Under the pieces are notes generated by a model, which did no database searches, was not told the DNA's origin, and worked only from the letters and a program-made list of their open reading frames with translations. Positions 39,457-48,834 of a DNA stretch of 61,233 bases are shown one piece after another. The DNA comes from a virus (taxonomy: Duplodnaviria; Caudoviricetes), in IMG/VR virus record IMGVR_UViG_3300047550_005071, positions 1 to 61,233 of that record; one strand, written 5' to 3'. How positions within the stretch are numbered: the first letter of the stretch is position 1; each line of letters begins with the position of its first letter. The position numbers were made by a program, and so were the translations under genes.

Positions 39457-41316
39457 TTATCTATTGAACCCTGTTGAGTTTTGTGCTTTGGTTGGGCTTT
39501 GAGGTGTTGCGTTGTTGATAACCATTTGTTGGAATTGAGGACTATTGAAAATTTGGTCAAGTGTTTTTTGTTGTTGTTCAACGCTCATTTGTGCAAAGTT
39601 AGCTGGTAGAATTAACTCTGTTACTATCTTCCCGTTAATAACAATTTCTTGTTTTGAGATTGTTGAAGAACCATAACTTTGTGCAACACTTTTAACCTCT
39701 TGTTGGATTTGTTGCGAACGGGAGCTGTTTGTTGTACTCGGTTCAACTGATGAACTCAATGTAGGATTTGAGCTCAAAAGTCCTTTTGTTGTACGTGATA
39801 TTAAATCATCCCCTTTGATTCCTTTCGCGGCTTCCTCTTTGGCGATTTTTAATTTTTCCATTATGTTTCCACCCAAACTTTTGAGTGTGTCCCCAAACTC
39901 CTTACCGTACTCCGTCAATACAGACAACTTACTTTTACTAGGGTCTAAAAGGTCTTTCAGAAAAGCTTCTGACTTATATATGAAATTCTCAGTTCCACCC
40001 CTTACATCACCAACTGTACCAGAAACTTTAGCTTTATTTATCGCATTACCTATAGCATCCTGTATACCTCTAAGTCCCTCGAATCCTCGGGCTATAGGAG
40101 CTGCGGAAGCTACTCCACCAACTATTTTATTTCTGATTGCAGATACATCGGCCTCCATCAACTGAGTGATGTTCATTTGACTTCTAGCTAATTCTTCTAA
40201 AGTTTGTGGTCCCTCTTTTTGTTCTTTTATTAATTTATCAAATTCTTGTTGTGTAATCTCAGACAATTTTCTTGTCTGCATTTGGCCTCTCTCATCTTTT
40301 ATTTGGACTTCATATTCCCCTCCCTCACCCATCTTAGCAATATTGGCCAAAAATTGTTTGTCTTCTTCGTTTGCAACTTTCAATCCTGCCCTACTAACCG
40401 CAGATAACCTTTTGTCCAACTCAGCCGCGGCAAGTCCCATCTTACTTAATTCTTTGGCACTAACGCCAGTTTGGGCTTCCATCTCTTTCAAAATCATTAC
40501 ACCTTGTGGGTTTATTTTAAATGATTTTGATTTTTCATCAAAATAAGTAAATTGTTTCGATACCTGGGCCAAACTTGTTTGAAGTCCTGATGGGTCATTG
40601 ATTGATTGATTCATCAGTTGGAATGGGTCGACCAAATTTCCTGCTGAAACCCCAAGTCTTTGGAATGCGGATGCAACTTCAATGGCATTTTCTGGAGACA
40701 TAACTTTATCCGCCAAACGGAAAGTCTCGTTCATATCGAATCTTAACATTGATGCTTGAGCCGCCATCTTTGTTAAACCCTGTACCCCACCTTCAAATTG
40801 GTAACGGTTAAGTTGGTCCATGTTGGTTCTCATGGTCTTAACCACTTCCGATGCATTACCACCTATACTTTGTACGTATTTTATTGAATCCTCTAAACTT
40901 GTACCGATTTGACTTACGCTCATCCCAACGTCCATAAAAGCGTTAGTCAGGACTTCAGCATCTTCACCTAATACTTTGTTTGCAGCAACAAGTTTTTCTA
41001 CGTCTTGGGTGTTTGCCACCACGTTTCTTCTTGATGCTTCTGCAATTTTTGATATTGTGGTTGTTACATCTGAAAGACTTCCACCAATTCTATTAACGCC
41101 AGGTACCGCGTCGGCAACCGCTTGTTGAAGCTCAACAACTCTTTGTCTACCTTGAGTGAATGTTTTGTTAATTGCTACAGCGCTTTGGGTAAGTCTTGTT
41201 ACTGCATCAGCAAAATCGGAAACATTAATCTTAAGTAAGTTTTCAAGATTTTTACCAAAACTTCCAATATCATCACTGCTTGTTGGTGTGCCGTAATTTA
41301 CATTATCTGGTGCCAT
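39457..41316 (-). CDS. Tape measure protein (putative)
   Basis: Ala/Gln/Lys-rich helical 619-aa protein in the canonical position downstream of the tube and chaperone genes. Confidence 0.7.
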   Translation of the reverse strand: MAPDNVNYGTPTSSDDIGSFGKNLENLLKINVSDFADAVTRLTQSAVAINKTFTQGRQRVVELQQAVADAVPGVNRIGGSLSDVTTTISKIAEASRRNVVANTQDVEKLVAANKVLGEDAEVLTNAFMDVGMSVSQIGTSLEDSIKYVQSIGGNASEVVKTMRTNMDQLNRYQFEGGVQGLTKMAAQASMLRFDMNETFRLADKVMSPENAIEVASAFQRLGVSAGNLVDPFQLMNQSINDPSGLQTSLAQVSKQFTYFDEKSKSFKINPQGVMILKEMEAQTGVSAKELSKMGLAAAELDKRLSAVSRAGLKVANEEDKQFLANIAKMGEGGEYEVQIKDERGQMQTRKLSEITQQEFDKLIKEQKEGPQTLEELARSQMNITQLMEADVSAIRNKIVGGVASAAPIARGFEGLRGIQDAIGNAINKAKVSGTVGDVRGGTENFIYKSEAFLKDLLDPSKSKLSVLTEYGKEFGDTLKSLGGNIMEKLKIAKEEAAKGIKGDDLISRTTKGLLSSNPTLSSSVEPSTTNSSRSQQIQQEVKSVAQSYGSSTISKQEIVINGKIVTELILPANFAQMSVEQQQKTLDQIFNSPQFQQMVINNATPQSPTKAQNSTGFNR

Positions 41317-41331
41317 ATGTTATATAAATAC

Positions 41332-41355
41332 AAAAGGACTGATTTTTCAGTCCTT
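41332..41355 (-). terminator. Intrinsic terminator directly after the frameshift-extension ORF
   Basis: AAGGACTGA-AAAA-TCAGTCCTTTTG (minus strand). Confidence 0.7.
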
Positions 41356-41508
41356 CTTATTATCTTCCATCCATTTATCCAACAAATATTTTCTGACGAA
41401 CAAAGGCATTTTTTCAAAGTCCGTCCATGTTATTCCCATTAATCTGTTTAAATAATAGAATTCATCAATTTGGCCTTTCCTATAATCAGAAGAAAGGACG
41501 AAAAAATT
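41347..41508 (-). CDS. Frameshift extension of the tail assembly chaperone (gpT / gp51-like); absent from the ORF track
   Basis: +1 frame reads NFFVLSSDYRKGQIDEFYYLNRLMGITWTDFEKMPLFVRKYLLDKWMEDNKKD*; overlaps the chaperone 3' end at TTT TTT CGT. Confidence 0.7.
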   Translation of the reverse strand, partial: NFFVLSSDYRKGQIDEFYYLNRLMGITWTDFEKMPLFVRKYLLDKWMEDNKKD

Positions 41509-42229
41509 CTACCCCGAAACCAACATTAACTGTTAGTTTGTCTCCTGACGGGGTCATTACTTCTCTGGTCATATCCAGCCTTGGTTCATTTTGATTCATA
41601 AATTGTCTAATAAATTTTGAATCTCCGATTGGTAATTGTTCAATAAACTTAACAATTTCACCCTTGTCTGTATTTCCGTTGACCTCAACAATTTCTTTTG
41701 AAAGTCTCCAAGTAACTCTTGGTGCTGTTCTTCCTGCAGGATACGATTCAATCATCTTTTGGATTTCATTGATTTCCCCATAAGTCATCGGTTTTAATTT
41801 CACCGTTGCCTCGGATTTTGGTAATGTAACGACAAATGTTCCATCTTCACCAGGACTTTGACCTTTGATTATTGATAGTTGGTCTAACACGACTGTGGTT
41901 TTGAATGATTTTCTTGTTTGAGGGTCCACAAGATTCATATCAACTTCAGGACCGAATCCTGTGTTTCTTAAGAAAACAAGAATAGCTTCAACGTCTCCCT
42001 CCAATAGGTCATCAATTTTCATATCAGGTTCGTACAATTTACTTCTAAGTAAGTTGTAAGTAAGATTGTCCCCACCTCCCATCAATATATTTTCATCAGC
42101 AGCCGTGAGATATCCCACCTTAACTGATTTCTTTTTGTTTTTATAAAATAATCCTTCTGAGGGAAGTTGTACTATGTCGTGTGGTAACGTTAGATTTTGT
42201 TGACCATACTGTCTTGATTGTTCGTCCAT
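41486..42229 (-). CDS. gp26: Tail assembly chaperone / baseplate hub assembly protein (T4 gp26-like)
   Basis: VQLPSEGLFY, LTAADENIL, DLLEGDVEAILVFLR..GFG, C-terminal EFFRP; lies between the tube and tape measure genes. Confidence 0.75.
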   Translation of the reverse strand: MDEQSRQYGQQNLTLPHDIVQLPSEGLFYKNKKKSVKVGYLTAADENILMGGGDNLTYNLLRSKLYEPDMKIDDLLEGDVEAILVFLRNTGFGPEVDMNLVDPQTRKSFKTTVVLDQLSIIKGQSPGEDGTFVVTLPKSEATVKLKPMTYGEINEIQKMIESYPAGRTAPRVTWRLSKEIVEVNGNTDKGEIVKFIEQLPIGDSKFIRQFMNQNEPRLDMTREVMTPSGDKLTVNVGFGVEFFRPFF

Positions 42230-42231
42230 AT

Positions 42232-42268
42232 AAAAAAAATAACCGTAAAGTTTATGTCTTTACGGTTA
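42232..42268 (-). terminator. Hairpin plus U-tract downstream of the tail tube gene
   Basis: TAACCGTAAAG-ACATAAA-CTTTACGGTTA-TTTTTTT on the minus strand. Confidence 0.7.
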
Positions 42269-42301
42269 AATATAAAATAGTTTAAATTTTTGTATATAGT
42301 A

Positions 42302-42790
42302 TTAGTACACTAACACACATCTATCCATTCTTAAACTTGCTGTGATATCTGCAAGTGCATCTGTTGCGTAGCTCAATGAACCAAAGTTAACATCTGTTAA
42401 GAATGTTCCATAAAGAATCCACTTTTCCACCACAACTCCCGTTGGGTCAAGCATCTCGAGGTCAATGTCTTTTTTATAACCCGCAGCGTATCCCATACGT
42501 CCTGTTACAGATTCTGCATGTAAACGAACCCATTCCATTAGAGCTTGTGCTGCTGATGGACCGATTGGGTCTCTAAATTTTACAGAGATTGGGTCCCAAT
42601 TGAATCTACCCGCAACGAAAGTTGATGTATTCAAGAACTGAATTTCAGTTGCTGCGATTTTGATAGAAGGTCTTGCCGCGGTCTCTACAAACCACTCATT
42701 AATCCCCAAACTTGAAGGAAACCTTAAGATGAATCGATTCTGACGTTTCGGTTCGTAAGGTATCGGCATTTTCATCAGTAAATCAGCCAT
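42302..42790 (-). CDS. gp19: Tail tube protein (T4 gp19-like)
   Basis: EPKRQNRF, AGRFNWDPISVKFRD, LMEW, YKKDIDLEMLDPTGVVVEKWILYG. Confidence 0.9.
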   Translation of the reverse strand: MADLLMKMPIPYEPKRQNRFILRFPSSLGINEWFVETAARPSIKIAATEIQFLNTSTFVAGRFNWDPISVKFRDPIGPSAAQALMEWVRLHAESVTGRMGYAAGYKKDIDLEMLDPTGVVVEKWILYGTFLTDVNFGSLSYATDALADITASLRMDRCVLVY

Positions 42791-42824
42791 ATTATTAAAT
42801 TTTTGTTTTCAGTGTTTATATGAT

Positions 42825-42831
42825 ATAAATA
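42825..42831 (-). promoter_or_regulatory. TATTTAT motif (candidate late promoter) for the tail tube gene
   Basis: 34 nt upstream of ATG 42790. Confidence 0.6.
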
Positions 42832-42882
42832 TAGGTAAGTGTAAAATTTTTCTATTTACTTCAATTTTTAAAAAAAGTACCT

Positions 42883-43713
42883 TTATTGCACTTCCTTCTT
42901 AAATCCTCCAGCAGTAGAATAAGTCTTAACTAAATTATCTGGTTTATCTTTAAAAGCTTTTCTCATTACTTCTACGTTTTTAGGGTCGTCGTCAGAAAAG
43001 CCAATCATTGGTTTAGTAGGTGTGAATTTGTGTCCCAAATCATTTTTTAACCAGGCTTTTTTATTAAGTATCGCAGCCATCCCCTTAATGTAGTCCACAA
43101 AATCATTCATCGCCCTGACTTTAGCCTCCTCGGGATTTGTTGCCCCACCCTCATTTCCGAAAGAAACTGGGTGGTATTTGTTCATAGCCAAATAAGAATC
43201 TATAAGTTCCTTATCAGACATTTCGTCCTCACCTATAAAAGACCTGTATTTTTTTAAATTCTTCAGTAACTCGTCTTTGGAAATTCCTTCGAAGTCATTT
43301 ACTATGTAATTATATACGGCTTGTTTTAAGGTTTCAGGATTATGACCACGAGCAGTAATTATGGAAAAAATTGAACCGTTGTTGATAGCTTCTCTAAAGT
43401 CATCAAACGCTGGCCCCTTTTTGGCTTTCATTGAATCAATTAAAAAGTCTTTGTCCCCTTCCGTTCTAAAGTTTCTAAATGGATTTTCTGCATAACCTAC
43501 AATTGTGTGACCGTTGTATTCAAAGTCTCCCTTACCTACTTGATGTCTGTACTCAGCAAAGTCCTCTGTAGACATTCCAACTTCCTCCCCCTTATCATCT
43601 TGAAGAACAATTTTAGTAGGCATGTGCACAATGTTATCATCCCAGTCAAAAGCGTAATATTTTAAGTCTGGGGTTTTTTCATCTCTAAAACCTTCTGTTA
43701 TTTTTTTTCTCAT
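42883..43713 (-). CDS. HAD-superfamily phosphatase
   Basis: Motif I FDWDDNI, motif II IITARGH, conserved K, motif IV FSDDD.KN. Confidence 0.75.
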   Translation of the reverse strand: MRKKITEGFRDEKTPDLKYYAFDWDDNIVHMPTKIVLQDDKGEEVGMSTEDFAEYRHQVGKGDFEYNGHTIVGYAENPFRNFRTEGDKDFLIDSMKAKKGPAFDDFREAINNGSIFSIITARGHNPETLKQAVYNYIVNDFEGISKDELLKNLKKYRSFIGEDEMSDKELIDSYLAMNKYHPVSFGNEGGATNPEEAKVRAMNDFVDYIKGMAAILNKKAWLKNDLGHKFTPTKPMIGFSDDDPKNVEVMRKAFKDKPDNLVKTYSTAGGFKKEVQ

Positions 43714-43724
43714 CCTACTTGGCT

Positions 43725-43756
43725 AAAAAATGGGGGGATTTTGTCCCCCCGTTTTT
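43725..43756 (-). terminator. Intrinsic terminator after the tail sheath gene
   Basis: AAAAACGGGGGGA-CAAAA-TCCCCCCATTTTTT (minus strand). Confidence 0.8.
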
Positions 43757-43757
43757 A

Positions 43758-46700
43758 TTAGATATTTTCGAACGAAGCACCTGTTGGTGTGATGAAGAAT
43801 TCAATATCAATAAATTCTAACGCCTTCGTTGGTTTTAAGTAAATCTTTCCTGTTAAAGTGTTTCTATCCAAATCTTCAGGTGAAGATGATACAGTCACAC
43901 GGAAATCGTAAAGACCTCTATCTCTTCTGATTGAATCAAGAATTGGGTTAACACTATCCAAGAACTGTTGTCTTACTACTTGGTCGTTTTGTTCAAACAA
44001 CAATCTTACCGCTACAGCTGAAATCAACTTACGAGCTTGAAGTAAAAGTCTTCTTACATTCAATCTGTTCAGTGCCGAATCAGCAATTTGTAGAGTTTTG
44101 TTACCCCAAATTACAGTTCCTACATCAGCAAAAGTAGCAATTGGGTTGATTCTTCCTTGATAAAGTGTGTCTCTATCTTCTTGAGTCAACTTAACTCTTG
44201 CCTTAATTGAGTTCACAAGACCTCTTGTGTAACCCGCTGATGCGAACCATGGGAATGAAATGTTATCTGTTAGAGCCAAGTTTCTACAAACCTCACCTGT
44301 TGGTGGTAAGTAGATTTGTGTATTGTTAACAGTATCTCTTACAAGAATCCATGGGTAGTATGTTGCTGTATAGTTAGAATCAATTCCTGTGTTGTCTAAG
44401 TTATCAACCGCCTCTTGTGGGTAGATGATATCGAGTGAGTTAGTTCCATCTGGTGTGAACATCTGATAGTCAGGTGTTGTTGCGATGTAAACTGAGTCAG
44501 CTCTTTGGAATTGAATCATATCGATTGCTTCTTCAACAAGATTAGAGTTGTTCACATAATCAATTGATGAAGTAGCAAAAACGTTAATGTTTGTTGCTTC
44601 AGGATTTCTGAAAGTTAGTATACCTAAAAGGTAAGCGTAGTAGTCAGTGTTTGCAAAATCTTGAGTGTTGTTTTCAACAACGATTCTCTTGAACAAGCCT
44701 TCACCTGTTGCTGTAGGGTATCTTGTAGATGCCGCAGCACCTGCTAAGTAACCTGACGCTCCGAGTTGGAATCTATCAGCGTTTGTTCTATATTCTCTGT
44801 AGATATCCCAACCATCAAAACCTCCAGCGAAACAAACTGTGTATTTTCTTGAGTAGATAAAATAATAGGGGTTCTCCTGTGTTTCAGGGTCGAATCTAAA
44901 GTCAGCAACACCACACTCAAATGCTGGTGAACCACTTGTCTGATAAGAGTTAGCAATCGTAACTACAGTTGCACCTGAGTCCATATGGAAACCTTTACTT
45001 AAGTAATTCCAACTTGAACCTTCAACTGGTACAGGTGAAGTTATCCAATTCAATGGACACTGCTTTCCTTTGTAAGTTAACAATGATTCATCTGTTCCGA
45101 TAGTGGTTGAGAATCCTAAATAACTTCTTCTAACAATATCACCTGAAGACTCAACCGAGTTATCACCGTTTGTTGTACCAAATGGTGGGTTGTAGATTGT
45201 TTCGCCAGGGAAATAATATTTTGTTTTGAATTGAGGTACAGGTGAAGGGTTTAACACAGAACCATATTCTCTTTGGATATATCCGTAGAAACCACAAGGT
45301 AACGCATCAATTGGAGCTTCATCAGACATTTCAACCATAATATATTTTGAAATCAAAGCGTACTCACCATTTGACGAACCAATTTTCTTTGCAACAAAGT
45401 TGTTAGAAGCTGGGTCCATATTACAATTTGTGAACTTTTCAATTACAATTGGGTTAGCATCTGAATCAAAGAAGTTTCTAACTAAAACATCAAAAGTCAT
45501 ATTATTGAATGATAAGTTAGCGATTGAAACTTTAACCTCAACGTTAGCAGCATCACCATCAGATATTGATATAAATCTAAATAATTTATAAACCTTATTA
45601 CCTCTCAACTCTGAAACTAAGAATGGAGTCATTGGTGATTGGTATTTTTCCAAGTTGTACGCAATTGAAGATGAGTCTTCTGTTCTTGCACCTGGTAAAC
45701 CAATCAATTCACAATCTAATCCACGAATATAACTTTGATTATAAGCATACGCTAATGAAGCGGGATAAGCTTCCTCTACGAATACAGGAACCTCTTGTCT
45801 TGATTTTCCAAAATTATCAGTACCTAAAACTTTAGTAATAAATTTAGAAGAAGCCGCAGATAATGAAACTTCAAAGCTGAACGTATCGTTATCTTTAGTT
45901 ATACCTGATAACAAGAAAGTTTCATAAGGGTTCTTTGTAACACCTGAGTATTGACCTGAACAAACCATAGTCAATGCGCTCAATCCTGAAACAGTACCAC
46001 CTGAATTAACTTCATAAATTGGACCGTGGGAATTACTTGAAGCACTATTTTCGAAAAGTGAAATACCTCTTGAACGTAGGGTTGCAACAACCATATTATT
46101 ATAATCAGAATAAGCAGTACCCGACCAAGTATACACATTACCTGAAAGAGTACCTGTGTAAGTTGAACTTGCTCCTGAAGCAATCGCAGTTACTCCATAA
46201 TCCATTGAATAACCTGAATAACTGTTACCACTGAAATTATCGAAGTTAGCATAAAACCATGCATCGTTATCAGAGTCAGTTAAGTCATTACCTGCTACGT
46301 TCATACTATTAGTTCCGTATACGTTGTTAAGATTTGGATACTGAGCTAGATATGCATAAAAATCACCTTCAGGAAGAGTACCATATACGTTTCCTGTATT
46401 ACCTGAAATTGAATTATTTCCAATAATGTCGTTGATGAATCCTACAATATCTGCTTGAATATTGGAAGTACTTCCATCGAACATTCTATATTGTTCAGTA
46501 AGATTACTTTGAATAGGGTAAGGGAATGTACCACCAAATGTTATTGTATTAGCTGATGATACAAATTGGAAGTTAACTGACCAAGGGGTTGGTGTTATTG
46601 GATTGAAACCAACTGTCGTTGGGTCAACGTTAGCTTTAACCTTAATGCTCCATGATGGACCCGCATCATAACCAGACAACCCCAAAATTCTCGTTACGAA

Positions 46701-46979
46701 TAATTGGTTAGATTGTTGTAGGTAAGATTTAGCGATGTACGCAGCTTCATACTTTGGGATTTGAGTGTTCACAAACTTTGTAGGTTCAGTACCCCCGAAG
46801 TAGGCTTGGAACTCGTCATAATTCGTGATGAAAATTGGTTCGAATGCAGGACCTTTGATAGTCTCTCCAACCAAACCTAATGTAGTTACACCGACACTTT
46901 GTGCCACGAAGGACAAATCTGTCTCGGAGGTATAAACTCCAGGTGATACATATACTTTTTGATTTACTTGTGTTGCCAT
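43758..46979 (-). CDS. gp18: Contractile tail sheath protein (T4 gp18-like) with large insertions
   Basis: VSPGVYTSETDLS, GETIKGPAF, FPWFASAGYTRG, RDTLYQGRINPI, IWGNKTL, RLNVRRLL, LFEQND. Confidence 0.95.
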   Translation of the reverse strand: MATQVNQKVYVSPGVYTSETDLSFVAQSVGVTTLGLVGETIKGPAFEPIFITNYDEFQAYFGGTEPTKFVNTQIPKYEAAYIAKSYLQQSNQLFVTRILGLSGYDAGPSWSIKVKANVDPTTVGFNPITPTPWSVNFQFVSSANTITFGGTFPYPIQSNLTEQYRMFDGSTSNIQADIVGFINDIIGNNSISGNTGNVYGTLPEGDFYAYLAQYPNLNNVYGTNSMNVAGNDLTDSDNDAWFYANFDNFSGNSYSGYSMDYGVTAIASGASSTYTGTLSGNVYTWSGTAYSDYNNMVVATLRSRGISLFENSASSNSHGPIYEVNSGGTVSGLSALTMVCSGQYSGVTKNPYETFLLSGITKDNDTFSFEVSLSAASSKFITKVLGTDNFGKSRQEVPVFVEEAYPASLAYAYNQSYIRGLDCELIGLPGARTEDSSSIAYNLEKYQSPMTPFLVSELRGNKVYKLFRFISISDGDAANVEVKVSIANLSFNNMTFDVLVRNFFDSDANPIVIEKFTNCNMDPASNNFVAKKIGSSNGEYALISKYIMVEMSDEAPIDALPCGFYGYIQREYGSVLNPSPVPQFKTKYYFPGETIYNPPFGTTNGDNSVESSGDIVRRSYLGFSTTIGTDESLLTYKGKQCPLNWITSPVPVEGSSWNYLSKGFHMDSGATVVTIANSYQTSGSPAFECGVADFRFDPETQENPYYFIYSRKYTVCFAGGFDGWDIYREYRTNADRFQLGASGYLAGAAASTRYPTATGEGLFKRIVVENNTQDFANTDYYAYLLGILTFRNPEATNINVFATSSIDYVNNSNLVEEAIDMIQFQRADSVYIATTPDYQMFTPDGTNSLDIIYPQEAVDNLDNTGIDSNYTATYYPWILVRDTVNNTQIYLPPTGEVCRNLALTDNISFPWFASAGYTRGLVNSIKARVKLTQEDRDTLYQGRINPIATFADVGTVIWGNKTLQIADSALNRLNVRRLLLQARKLISAVAVRLLFEQNDQVVRQQFLDSVNPILDSIRRDRGLYDFRVTVSSSPEDLDRNTLTGKIYLKPTKALEFIDIEFFITPTGASFENI

Positions 46980-47012
46980 TATAAAATTGTTCTTTGCAGA
47001 TTTATTTTATTG

Positions 47013-47019
47013 ATAAATA
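47013..47019 (-). promoter_or_regulatory. TATTTAT motif (candidate late promoter) for the sheath gene
   Basis: 33 nt upstream of ATG 46979. Confidence 0.6.
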
Positions 47020-47098
47020 TTCATATCTGATTGAAAAAACTTGACTTTTAGATATCTATTTGTAAACAGGGAGAATAAATTCTGCCTTTTTTCTGCCT

Positions 47099-47260
47099 AT
47101 GAAAACAAAGAAGGAAATAAAGAACATAAAGATATCACCTGAAGCTCACGATACATTAAAAAAATATTGTGATAAAAGGGGTATCAAAATATATAAGTTT
47201 TTAGAAAATTTAATTTTGGAAAAGTGTAAAGAGAAGAAAGATGTATACGGTGAGAATTAA
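47099..47260 (+). CDS. Ribbon-helix-helix-like DNA-binding protein (53 aa); absent from the ORF track
   Basis: MKTKKEIKNIKISPEAHDTLKKYCDKRGIKIYKFLENLILEKCKEKKDVYGEN*; strand-helix-G-helix pattern; fills the gap, and its stop overlaps the convergent gene's stop (TTAA). Confidence 0.75.
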   Translation: MKTKKEIKNIKISPEAHDTLKKYCDKRGIKIYKFLENLILEKCKEKKDVYGEN

Positions 47261-48297
47261 ACCAAAATGCAGTCAAACTTGATAAGACCTTCTTGGGTGT
47301 TGTCGTTCTTAGTTACAGAAATTGTAAGAGTGTCGTTTGTTGTGATTTGTATCTTATTTACATTCGAACCAAAATAATCCCCATTAATATAAACATCGAA
47401 ATTTGAAATATTCTCTGACCCTATCCAAGTCATGTCCGCAGTGAAATCAATTGAATCCGACAAACTTGTAACACCAGACACATATAAAAAATTAGATAAA
47501 AACTCTGCAGGATTCTCAGGATATTTTTTTCTTTTCGATTTGAACAACGAAGTATCCACCTCAACTACTTGTGCTAATCTAGCAATTGCTGGCTTAACCT
47601 GAAACTCTTCTTCGTCTATAAGATAACCAAGCATTGTAAAGTCATAACTTTGTACATAATATTTTCTTGAATCCATAGTCATTTGTGATTCATCAGAAAT
47701 ATTATTCATTATGATGGGTACGTATTGACCTTTTATAAAAGTATAAGCTTGTCTCGATGAAAATTTTTGAAGAGTAATTTTATTAAGTTGATTCAATTCC
47801 CTCATTCTATTACAAACAATTTTAACACTATAATTAATATCTACAGGTACTGGTTGTGGTATTGTATAAATGTCCATTCCTTGTTCATTACCATTCCAAG
47901 TAGGAACTGAAGCATAATAAAATTGTTTTCTATTTGGTATTGTATATTGTAATGAAGGGTTTGTTCCATACTTAACCTCGGGTTGTCTAACAACTGTAAT
48001 AAATGGAGGCTCCACATTATAATCCAAGTTAACAAACGTCGCCGATTCAACATACTGTGACCAGTTTTGTGTTGTTAATATAATATCAATCATGGGAACT
48101 ATCTTACCACCAGTCACAACTTGTAAGTCTCCCTTAACGAAATCCAGCATTCCTCTGTCCAAGTCAGCATGTAGTACGGACTTTGGAAGATAGGTTCCAT
48201 CCTTTTTAATATATTCAAGGAGCTGTTCTCTTCTTTCAGATAAAGTTTTCTTTGGAACTAAAGGTAAAGTTGGAATAACTTGTTTGGGTAAAGGCAT
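47257..48297 (-). CDS. Tail completion / terminator protein (gp15-like)
   Basis: Likely start MPLPKQ at 48297; PQPVPVDINYSVKI...MRELNQL pattern; between the neck and sheath genes. Confidence 0.55.
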   Translation of the reverse strand: MPLPKQVIPTLPLVPKKTLSERREQLLEYIKKDGTYLPKSVLHADLDRGMLDFVKGDLQVVTGGKIVPMIDIILTTQNWSQYVESATFVNLDYNVEPPFITVVRQPEVKYGTNPSLQYTIPNRKQFYYASVPTWNGNEQGMDIYTIPQPVPVDINYSVKIVCNRMRELNQLNKITLQKFSSRQAYTFIKGQYVPIIMNNISDESQMTMDSRKYYVQSYDFTMLGYLIDEEEFQVKPAIARLAQVVEVDTSLFKSKRKKYPENPAEFLSNFLYVSGVTSLSDSIDFTADMTWIGSENISNFDVYINGDYFGSNVNKIQITTNDTLTISVTKNDNTQEGLIKFDCILV

Positions 48298-48298
48298 A

Positions 48299-48814
48299 TT
48301 AAATTCCGTTAAATTCGTTCTCACTTACCCATGTGGCAACAATAGTTCTATAAAAAGGTTTGTACCCACCATAAGTGTGTTTATTATCTGACTTTACATA
48401 TCCATCATCACTTACAACATAATATCTTACTCTATCTTCACTTTCATAATATCCAAAGTAATCACCCATGAATATATCAACCCCCAAGTCATCTAAAGTT
48501 TTTTGGTAAATACTAAATCTCATATTACCAGGCTCTTGTAATTCAACTCTTGAGTTACCAACGGTTTTGTTTGCGGGGGCCAAAACTTGAACATATCCTT
48601 TAAGTTCTACAGGTGCCAAAAATTGAATCCCGTCCTCCAATACCTCACCGTATACATCATCAGTTTTTGTTTTATATCTATCTATTCTGTAAAGGATAAC
48701 TGTGAAATTCATATCACCAATTAACCACTCTTCACCCATTCCAATGTCCAAAGCATAGTCCTCACCCCCAAAAAATTTACCGAGTCTTGTTATTGGAACT
48801 AACTTTTCTGCCAT
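48299..48814 (-). CDS. Neck / head-closure protein (gp14-like)
   Basis: VILYRID...DDVYGE...F.APVEL; upstream of the tail completion gene. Confidence 0.6.
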   Translation of the reverse strand: MAEKLVPITRLGKFFGGEDYALDIGMGEEWLIGDMNFTVILYRIDRYKTKTDDVYGEVLEDGIQFLAPVELKGYVQVLAPANKTVGNSRVELQEPGNMRFSIYQKTLDDLGVDIFMGDYFGYYESEDRVRYYVVSDDGYVKSDNKHTYGGYKPFYRTIVATWVSENEFNGI

Positions 48815-48834
48815 TTGATTTAATTTGATTCTTA

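Noticed and set aside
15957-46979. Bacterial contractile injection system (eCIS/T6SS/tailocin)
   Set aside because: Neck proteins, DNA polymerase, helicase, SSB and RNR are interleaved with the tail genes, indicating a true phage genome
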